The position numbers were made by a program, and so were the translations under genes. The notes beneath the pieces were generated by a model. That model did not search any database. It worked only from the letters and a program-made list of their open reading frames with translations, and was not told the DNA's origin. This document shows, one piece after another, positions 54,220-64,000 of a stretch of DNA of 64,000 bases; within the stretch, counting starts at the first letter, position 1, and the number at the start of each line of letters is the position of its first letter. Source of the stretch: Balanoglossus misakiensis (taxonomy: Eukaryota > Animalia > Hemichordata); the NCBI GenBank assembly GCA_040954595.2, contig CM082582.2, positions 13,886,154-13,950,153 of the forward strand, in the 5' to 3' direction.

Positions 54220-57200
54220 GGATGACGACAAAATTCCAAATGATGCCAATGGTAGAAGTGGACAAGGACTTGATTTTCCAGCCAGCCAATAGAGTACTTG
54301 CATGATGGCAGATGAAGCAAGTTCAAGCATGAAGACTGATGTATAATTTCTGAATGGTGCCAACGGTAGAAGTTGACAAGGACCTGGTCTTGCAGTCAGC
54401 CAATAAACAACTTGCATGATGGCAGATGAAGATATATGGATGTCAAATGAAGAAAACGTACAGGTTTGCAGGCAACAAGTGTATATTGGAACAAATTCAA
54501 ACTTAACTCATTGAATCAATTTTATGAACTATGTCACCACTTTGTTCATTGATCATGAATAATTTTTTTTCTGTTGTTTTGTTAGAATATGCCGAAGAAT
54601 GCAGGCTGATGTTGTGTATCTGAATGTTGCCATTGGTAGAAGTGGACAAGGACTTGGTCTTGCTTTCACCTAATAAACTCTGTATGATAGCAGATGAAGA
54701 TATATGGATGTCAAATTAAGAAAAAATACAGGTTTGCAGTCAACATTTTAAGAGTGTATATAGTGTTGGAACAAATCCAAACTTAACTCATTGAATCAAT
54801 TTTATAAAATATGTCACCATTTTGTTCATTGATCATGAATAATTTTTTTTCTGTTGTTTTGTTAGAATATGGCGAAGAGTGCAGGCTGATGTTGAGTATC
54901 TGAATGTTGAAATTGGTAGAAGTGGACAAAGATTTGGTTTCCCAGTCACCCAATAAACTACTTGCATGATGGCAGATGAAGATATTTGGATGTCAAATAA
55001 AGAAAACATACAGGTTTGCAGTCAACATTTTAAGAGTGTATATAGTGTTGGAACAAATCCAAACTTAACTCATTGAATCAATTTTATAAAATATGTCACC
55101 ACTTTGTTCATTGATCATGAATAATTTTTTTCTGTTGTTTTGTTAGAATATGGCGAAGAGTACAGGCTGATGTTGTGTATCTGAATGTTGCCATTGGTAG
55201 AAGTGGACAAGGACATGGTTTCCCAGTCACCCAATAAACTACTTGCATGATGGCAGATGAAGATATTTGGATGTCAAATAAAGAAAACATACAGGTATGC
55301 AGTCAACATTTTAAGAGTGTATATAGTGTTGGAACAAATCCAAACTTAACGCATTGAATCAATTTTATAAAATATGTCACCACTTTGTTCATTGATCATG
55401 AATAATTTTTTTTTGTTGTTTTGTTAGAATATGGCGAAGAGTGCAGGCTGATGTTGAGTATCTGAATGTTGAAATTGGTAGAAGTGGACAAAGATTTGGT
55501 TTCCCAGTCACCCAATAAACTACTTGCATGATGGCAGATGAAGATATTTGGATGTCAAATAAAGAAAACATACAGGTTTGCAGTCAACATTTTAAGAGTG
55601 TATATAGTGTTGGAACAAATCCAAACTTAACTCATTGAATCAATTATATAAAATATGTCACCACTTTGTTCATTGATCATGAATAATTTTTTTCTGTTGT
55701 TTTGTTAGAATATGGCGAAGAGTGCAGGCTGATGTTGTGTATCTGAATGTTGCCATTGGTAGAAGTGGACAAGGACATGGTCTTCCAGTCAGCCAATAAA
55801 CTACTTGCATGATGGCAGATGAAGATAATTGGATGTCAAATAAAGAAAACATAAAGGTTTGCAGTCAACATTTTAAGAGTGTATATAGTGTTGGAACAAA
55901 TCGAAACTTAACTCATTGAATCAATTTTATAAAATATGTCACCACTTTGTTCATTGATCATGAATAATTTTTTTCTGTTGTTTTGTGAGAATATGGCGAA
56001 GAGTGCAGGCTGATGTTGTGTATCTGCATGTTGCCATTGGTAGAAGTGGACAAGGACATGGTTTCCCAGTCACCCAATAAACTACTTGCATGATGGCAGA
56101 TGAAGATATTTGGATGTCAAATAAAGAAAACATAAAGGTTTGCAGTCAACATTTTAAGAGTGTATATAGTGTTGGAACAAATCCAAACTTAACTCATTGA
56201 ATCAATTTTATAAAATATGTCACCACTTTGTTCATTGATCATGAATAATTTTTTTCTGTTGTTTTGTTAGAATATGGCGAAGAGTGCAGGCTGATGTTGT
56301 GTATCTGCACGTTGCCATTGGTAGAAGTGGACAAAGACATGGTTTCCCAGTCACCCAATAAACTACTTGCATGATGGCAGATGAAGATATTTGGATGTCA
56401 AATAAAGAAAACATAAAGGTTTGCAGTCAACATTTTAAGAGTGTATATAGTGTTGGAACAAATCAAAACTTAACTCATTGAATCAATTTTATAAAATATG
56501 TCACCACTTTGTTCATTGATCATGAATAATTTTTTTCTGTTGTTTTGTTAGAATATGGCGAAGAGTGCAGGCTGATGTTGTGTATCTGAATGTTGCCAAT
56601 GGTAGAAGTGGACAAGGACTTCGTCTTCCAGTCAGCCAATAAAGTACTTCCATGATGGCAGATGAAGCAAGTTCAAGCATGAAGAATGATGTTTAATTTC
56701 AAAATGGTGCCAACGGTAGAAGTGGACAAGGACTTGGTCTTGCAGTCAGCCAATAAAAAACTTGCATGATGGCAGATGAAGATATATGGATGTCAAATGA
56801 AGAAAACGTACAGGTTTGCAGGCAACAAGTGTATATTGGAACAAATTCAAACTTAACTCATTGAATCAATTTTATAAAATATGTCACCACTTTGTTCATT
56901 GATCATGAATAATTTTTTTCTGTTGTTTTGTTAGAATATGGCGAAGAGTGCAGGCTGATGTTGTGTATCTGAATGTTGCCATTGGTAGAAGTGGACAAGG
57001 ACATGGTCTTCCAGTCAGCCAATAAACTACTTGCATGATGGCAGATGAAGATAATTGGATGTCAAATAAAGAAAACATAAAGGTTTGCAGTCAACATTTT
57101 AAGAGTGTATATAGTGTTGGAACAAATCAAAACTTAACTCATTGAATCAATTTTATAAAATATGTCACCACTTTGTTCATTGATCATGAATAATTTTTTT

Positions 57201-60200
57201 CTGTTGTTTTGTGAGAATATGGCGAAGAGTGCAGGCTGATGTTGTGTATCTGCATGTTGCCATTGGTAGAAGTGGACAAGGACATGGTTTCCCAGTCACC
57301 CAATAAACTACTTGCATGATGGCAGATGAAGATATTTGGATGTCAAATAAAGAAAACATAAAGGTTTGCAGTCAACATTTTAAGAGTGTATATAGTGTTG
57401 GAACAAATCCAAACTTAACTCATTGAATCAATTTTATAAAATATGTCACCACTTTGTTCATTGATCATGAATAATTTTTTTCTGTTGTTTTGTTAGAATA
57501 TGGCGAAGAGTGCAGGCTGATGTTGTGTATCTGCATGTTGCCATTGGTAGAAGTGGACAAAGACATGGTTTCCCAGTCACCCAATAAACTACTTGCATGA
57601 TGGCAGATGAAGATATTTGGATGTCAAATAAAGAAAACATAAAGGTTTGCAGTCAACATTTTAAGAGTGTATATAGTGTTGGAACAAATCAAAACTTAAC
57701 TCATTGAATCAATTTTATAAAATATGTCACCACTTTGTTCATTGATCATGAATAATTTTTTTCTGTTGTTTTGTTAGAATATGGCGAAGAGTGCAGGCTG
57801 ATGTTGTGTATCTGAATGTTGCCAATGGTAGAAGTGGACAAGGACTTCGTCTTCCAGTCAGCCAATAAAGTACTTCCATGATGGCAGATGAAGCAAGTTC
57901 AAGCATGAAGAATGATGTTTAATTTCTAAATGGTGCCAACGGTAGAAGTGGACAAGGACTTGGTCTTGCAGTCAGCCAATAAAAAACTTGCATGATGGCA
58001 GATGAAGATATATGGATGTCAAATGAAGAAAACGTACAGGTTTGCAGGCAACAAGTGTATATCGGAACAAATTCAAACTTAACTCATTGAATCAATTTTA
58101 TAAAATATGTCACCATTTTGTTCATTGATCATGAATAATTTTTTTCTGTTGTTTGTTAGAATATGGCGAAGAGTGCAGGCTGATGTTGTGTATCTGAATG
58201 TTGCCAATAGTAGAAGTGGACAAGGACATGGTCTTCCAGTCAGCCAATAAAGTACTTCCATGATGGCAGATGAAGCAAGTTCAAGCATGAAGAATGATGT
58301 TTAATTTCTAAATGGTGCCAACGGTAGAAGTAGACAAGGACTTGGTCTTGCAGTCAGCCAATAAAAAACTTGCATGATGGCAGATGAAGATATATGGATG
58401 TCAAATGAAGAAAACGTACAGGTTTGCAGGCAACAAGTGTACATTGGAACAAATTCAAACTTAACTCATTGAATCAATTTTATAAAATATGTCACCACTT
58501 TGTTCATTGATCATGAATAATTTTTTTCTGTTGTTTGTTAGAATATGGCGAAGAGTGCAGGCTGATGTTGTGTATCTGAATGTTGCCAATAGTAGAAGTG
58601 GACAAGGACATGGTCTTCCAGTCAGCCAATAAAGTACTTCCATGATGGCAGATGAAGCAAGTTCAAGCATGAAGAATGATGTTTAATTTCTAAATGATGC
58701 CAACGGTAGAAGTGGACAAGGACTTGGTCTTGCAGTCAGCCAATAAAAAACTTGCATGATGGCAGATGAAGCAAGTTCAAGCATGAAGAATGATGTTTAA
58801 TTTCTAAATGGTGCCAACGGTAGAAGTGGACAAGGACTTGGTCTTGCAGTCAGCCAATAAAAAACTTGCATAATGGCAGATGAAGATATATGGATGTCAA
58901 ATGAAGAAAACGTACAGGTTTGCAGGCAACAAGTGTATATTGGAACAAATCCAAGCTTAACTCATTGAATCAATTTAATAATATATGTCACCACTTTGTT
59001 CATTGATCATGAATAATTTTTTTTCTGTTGTTTTGTTAGAATATGGCAAAGAGTGCAGGCTGATGTTGTGTATCTGAATGTTGCCATTGGTAGAAGTGGA
59101 CAAGGACTTGGTTTCCCAGTCACCCAATAAACTACTTGCATGATGGCTGATGAAGATATTTGGATGTCAAATTAAGAAAACATAAAGGTTTGCAGTCAAC
59201 ATTTTAAGAGTGTATATAGTGTTGGAACAAATCCAAGCTTAACTCATTGAATCAATTTTATAAACTATGTCACGACTTTGTTCATTGATCATGAATAATT
59301 TTTTTTCTGTTGTTTTGTTAGAATATGGCGAAGAGTGCAGGCTGATGTTGTGTATCTGAATGTTGCCAATGGTAGAAGTGGACAAGGACTTGGTCTTGCA
59401 GTCAGCCAATAAAGTACTTGCATGATGGCAGATGAAGCAAGTTCAAGCATGAAGAATGATGTTTAATTTCTAAATGATGCCAACGGTAGAAGTGGACAAG
59501 GACTTGGTCTTGCAGTCAGCCAATTAACAACTTGCATGATGGCAGATGAAGATTTATGGATGTCAAATGAAGAAAACGTACAGGTTTGCAGTCAACAAGT
59601 GTATATAGTATTGGAACAAATTCAAACTTAACTCATTGAATCAATTTTATAATATATGTCACCACTTTGTTCATTGATCATGAATCATTTTTTGTCTGTT
59701 GTTTTGTTAGAATATGTCGAAGAGTGCAGGCTGATGTTGTGTATCTGAATGTTGCCATTGGTAGAAGTGGACAAGGACTTGGTTTCCCAGTCACCCAATA
59801 AACTACTTGCATGATGGCAGATGAAGATATTTGGATGTCAAATAAAGAACACATACAGGTTTGCAGTCAATATTTTAAGAGTGTATATAGTGTTGGAACA
59901 AATCAAAGCTTAACTCATTGAATCAATTTAATAATATATGTCACCACTTTGTTCATTGATCATGAATAATTTTTTTCTGTTGTTTTGTTAGAATATGGCG
60001 AAGAGTGCAGGCTGATGTTGTGTATCTGAATGTTGCCATTGGTAGAAGTGGACATGGACATGGTCTTCCAGTCACCCAATAAACTACTTGCATGATGGCA
60101 GATGACCATATCTGGTTTTCAAATGAAGAAAATGTAAAGGTTTGTAGTCAATATTTTAAGAGTGCGTGTAGTATTGGAACACATCCAAATTTAACTTAAG

Positions 60201-60420
60201 CTGAATGAATCAATTCTATAAAACGTGTCCCCACTTCATTCATTAAACACGAATCTCTGTTTTCTGTTTCTTTCTTAGCTGAAGCTGAAGTGTGAAGACT
60301 GGTGATTTTCCAAATGATGATGATGGTAGAAATGGACAAGGCCTACCAGCAACCCAATGAAATACTTGCATCTTGGCAGATGAAGTCTGAATGCCAGATA
60401 AAGAGAAGACATAGATTGTC
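54220..60420. repeat. ~6-kb satellite array: 281-bp monomer, ~102-bp sub-repeat, 382-bp and 1226-bp higher-order units
   Basis: Repeat ORFs recur every 281 bp (55108, 55389, 55670, 55951, 56232), with a 1226-bp offset (55670/56896, 55951/57177, 56232/57458) and a 382-bp offset (58079/58461). Confidence 0.95.
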
Positions 60421-60916
60421 AGTCAGCATTTTAGGAGTTTATAATGAGAATGAAGAGAAAACTTATAGATTGTCTTCTGTCCAGTTTTCTATTAAAGTGT
60501 CACAATCTCTCTTTTTGAGCTTTGAATGTTGTCAACTATACATTGAATACTTGCATTAGATTTCTGTGTTAAAAATAATGATTTTTAACTTCATCATTCT
60601 GTTTCAAACGAAATTAATCTCTAAAAGATAAAAAACAGCGAATGTTGCTGTTTAATCTATTTATCCAGTGGGGACTATGACATTGACTTTCCTTACATGT
60701 TCCCTTGAGCCCACTGGTTATATGTTATGATAAGGAAGGATTCAGATTAGGACACAGTATTACTTATATAACTGTAGCCTAAATGTCCATAGATACAGTA
60801 TTTCTTAGAATCACAAGTTTGCACAGAGCAAACTTTGTTCAGTGAATTTTGCAGTCAAAGCAAATTGATTCAATCTCTGAAATTGTTTGTGCCATTTCAG
60901 CCAGCCAACTCAAACA

Positions 60917-60975
60917 CTAACCCTAACCCTAACTCTAACTCTAACCCTAACCCTAACCTTAACCCTTACCCTAAC
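60917..60975. repeat. Short degenerate (CCCTAA)n telomere-like tract
   Basis: ctaaccctaaccctaactctaactctaaccctaaccctaaccttaacccttaccctaac. Confidence 0.8.
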
Positions 60976-61289
60976 AACTAATACTTAGGCTGGTATGGTA
61001 TAAACAGGCTCAAGGAAACTCTTTTTAATAATGGGCTCCAATTTGTTCACCAGTTAAAATTCACAGATGAAAATATGTTTAAGTATTGTATTTTAATTCA
61101 ATTTCAATTACCTGTCATTCCCAAAACCTGATAGTGAAGGTCAGGAAAATTAATAAATTTGAATTGTATGGGTACAGAAATGTCCTCTATGTATGCATTT
61201 ATGACCCCAACCCTGACCCGTTCCACCCTGCCGTTGCGGCAGACACTTGACACTTGACCCCAACCCTGCCCCGTTCCACCAAGCCAATC

Positions 61290-61905
61290 GGCTCCAATCC
61301 CCCTCCAGTCTGCTCCAGTGCCCCTCCAGTCTGCTCCAGTGCCCCTCCAGTCTGCTCCAGTGCCCCTCCAGTCTGCTCCAGTGCCCCTCCAGTCTGCTCC
61401 AATGCCCCTCCAATCCCCCTCCAGTCTGCTCCAATGCCCCTCCAGTCTGCTCCAATGCCCCTCCAGTCTGCTCCAATGCCCCTCCAGTCTGCTCCAATGC
61501 CCCTCCAGTCTGCTCCAATGCCCCCCCTGTCTGCTCCAATGCCCCTCCAGTCTGCTCCAGTGCCCCTCCAGTCTGCTCCAATGCCCCTCCAGTCTGCTCC
61601 AGTGCCCCTCCAGTCTGCTCCAGTGCCCCTCCAGTCTGCTCCAGTGCCCCTCCAGTCTGCTCCAGTGCCCCTCCAGTCTGCTCCAGTGCCCCTCCAGTCT
61701 GCTCCAGTGCCCCTCCAGTCTGCTCCAGTGCCCCTCCAGTCTGCTCCAGTGCCCCTCCAGTCTGCTCCAGTGCCCCTCCAGTCTGCTCCAATGCCCCTCC
61801 AGTCTGCTCCAATGCCCCTCCAGTCTGCTCCAATGCCCCTCCAGTCTGCTCCAAAGCCCCTCCAGTCTGCTCCAGTGCCCCTCCAGTCTGCTCCAGTGCC
61901 CCTCC
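61290..61905. repeat. 21-bp minisatellite (CCCCTCCAGTCTGCTCCA[A/G]TG)n, ~29 copies
   Basis: Directly visible; gives GGALEQT / PLQSAPV periodic ORFs. Confidence 0.95.
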
Positions 61906-62116
61906 AACTCCTCCAACTCCTCCTCCAACTCCTCCTCCAACTCCTCCAACTCCTCCTCCAACTCCTCCTCCAACTCCTCCAACTCCTCCTCCAACTCCTC
62001 CAACTCCTCCTCCTCCTCCTCCAACTCCTCCTCCAACTCCTCCTCCAACTCCAACCTCTCCTCCAACTCCTCCTCCTCCTCCTCCAACTCCTCCAACTCC
62101 TCCTCCAACTCCTCCT
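61901..62116. repeat. (CCTCCAACT)/(CCT)n low-complexity repeat
   Basis: Directly visible; continues from the 21-mer array. Confidence 0.92.
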
Positions 62117-62694
62117 TTGCTGCTGCTTGAAAACATACGTTCACATATGTCAGATGATGGACACATACAGATAACAGAACATTACAGGATTCAATGTCAA
62201 TTTACAACTCCACACAATGCACACCATCTAATGAACGTTCAACTTGTCTGAGCGAGTATTATGGCTAACAATAGAAAGCACACAAATATTCTGTGTAAGA
62301 AACATAAGACGTAAAATTCAGGAAGCTTGTCTGTTGAGATGTGTCACTGTAATACTTACATTTGTCTGTGGCAAGCTGCTGGCAGTAAATGACAATGTTT
62401 GAGTAAACAGGCCAGAGTACATCTGGATGCAGCGTCCAGAAGTGGTTCCTCTGTTACTTCATTTGTATCCCAATCTGTGAAGACAACAATTAAGTTTCAG
62501 TCACAGCCTTCAGTGGATTCAAACCTTGCCAAGTGACTCTTCTGCTAAGAACCACAGAGAGTTTTCACTTACCCCTGTGCCTCGCATATTCCTGCATATT
62601 CATCCATATTGACTGTGCCGGCTCTCTGCTTATTCCTAGGATGAGATCCATTAATACATTCTGCGTGGATCTTCAGGAAGGTACCTTCTCACAC

Positions 62695-64000
62695 CAGCAA
62701 CTTCGACCGGATTCACCGCGCCGTTACGACCGGAAGTCGCCGCAACTTGGCCCGGATTCACCGCGCCGTTACCACCGGAAGTCGACGGCAACTTGGCCCA
62801 GATTCACCGCGCCGTTACGACCGGAAGTCGCCGGCAACTTTGCCCAGATTCACCGCGCCGTTACGACAGGAAGTCGCCGGCAACTTGGCCTAGTTTCACC
62901 GCGCCGTTACCACCGGAAGTCGCCGGCAACTTGGCCCGGATTCAAAGGAAGTCGCCATCAACTTGGCCCAGATTCACCACGCCGTTACCACAGGAAATCG
63001 CCGGCAACTTGGCCCAGATTCACCGCGCCGTTACGACAGGAAGTCGCCGGCAACTTGGCCCAGATTCACAGCGCCGTTACGACAGGAAGTCGCCGGCAAC
63101 TTGGCCCATAATCACCGCGCCGTTACCACCGGAAGTCGCCGGCAACTTGGCCCGGATTCACAGGAAGTCTCCGGCAACTTGGCCCAGATTCACCGCGCCG
63201 TTACGACAGGAAGTCGCCGGCAACTTGGCCCAGATTCACCACGCCGTTACGACCGGAAGTCGCCGCAACTTGGCCCGGATTCACAGGAAGTCGCCATCAA
63301 CTTGGCCCAGATTCACCGCGCCGTTACCACAGGAAGTCGCCGGCAACTTGGCCCAGATTCACCACGCCATTACGACCGGAAGTCGCCGGCAACTTGGCCC
63401 AGATTCACCGCGCCATTTTGACCGAAAGTCGCCAGCAACTTCGCCCGGATTCACCGCGCTGTTAAGACCGGAAGTCACCGCAACTTGGCCCGGATTCACC
63501 GCGCCGTTACCACCGGAAGTTGACGGCAACTTGGCCCAGATTCACCGCGCCGTTACGACCGGAAGTCGCCGGCAACTTTGCCCAGATTCACCGCGCCGTT
63601 ACGACAGGAAGTCGCCGGCAACTTGGCCTAGTTTCACCGCGCCGATACCACCGGAAGTCGCCGGCAACTTGGCCCGGATTCACAGGAAGTCACCATCAAC
63701 TTGGCCCAGATTCACCGCGCCGTTACCACAGGAAGTCGCCGGCAACTTGGCCCAGATTCACCACGCCATTACGACCGGAAGTCGCCGGCAACTTTGCCCA
63801 GATTCACCGCGCCGTTACGACAGGAAGTCGCCGGCAACTTGGCCTAGTTTCACCGCGCCGATACCACCGGAAGTCGCCGGCAACTTGGCCCGGATTCACA
63901 GGAAGTCACCATCAACTTGGCCCAGATTCACTGCGCCGTTACCACAGGAAGTCGCCGGCAACTTGGCCCAGATTCACCACGCCATTACGACCGGAAGTCG
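62695..64000. repeat. GC/CpG-rich 46-bp minisatellite with 32-bp deletion variants; runs off the window end
   Basis: Unit CAACTTGGCCCAGATTCACCGCGCCGTTACGACCGGAAGTCGCCGG at 62789, 62835, 62881, 62927; shorter 32-bp unit at 62927-62958. Confidence 0.95.

Noticed and set aside
54220-60420. Array as a CRISPR-like locus or a tandem family of 60-aa peptide genes
   Set aside because: There are no unique spacers, since whole units repeat. The context is eukaryotic with no cas genes. The ORF is broken in variant units and matches no family I recognise.
61104-62251. 300+ aa ORFs on both strands (GGALEQT, LEGHWSR, PPVCSSA, poly-E/L)
   Set aside because: A stop-free 21-bp and 9/3-bp repeat opens most frames at once; there is no unique domain or splice context.
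62533-63421. Arg/Pro-rich ORFs (192 and 152 aa)
   Set aside because: They are products of the 46-bp repeat, cycling through reading frames.

Overview
AT-rich animal (eukaryotic) genomic DNA. Gene content and repeat style suggest a marine invertebrate, possibly a deuterostome; this is inference only. Two multi-exon + strand genes could be rebuilt by hand with GT-AG introns and consistent phases. The first is a GPR158/GPR179-like class C orphan GPCR (11 coding exons, ~531-25572, ~813 aa). The second is ANKRD27/VARP (24 coding exons, 30332-49052, ~1240 aa, with VPS9 domain, two CHPLCxC Zn motifs and ankyrin repeats), with a probable non-coding first exon near 28.7 kb. Introns and intergenic DNA hold several non-autonomous DNA elements: TTAA-flanked MITEs, CAGTGTT-ended elements with 5-bp TSDs, and two unrelated elements sharing an unusual 'long terminal hairpin + asymmetric inverted repeat' design. 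The last ~14 kb has no recognisable gene and is dominated by repeats: a LINE RT fragment, (CATA)n arrays, a 281-bp satellite with higher-order structure inside an older duplication, a telomere-like tract, a 21-bp minisatellite and a CpG-rich 46-bp array full of ETS motifs. I found no clearly novel protein-coding system. The best leads are the hairpin elements, the satellite/duplication complex and a hidden in-frame cassette exon in the GPCR tail.
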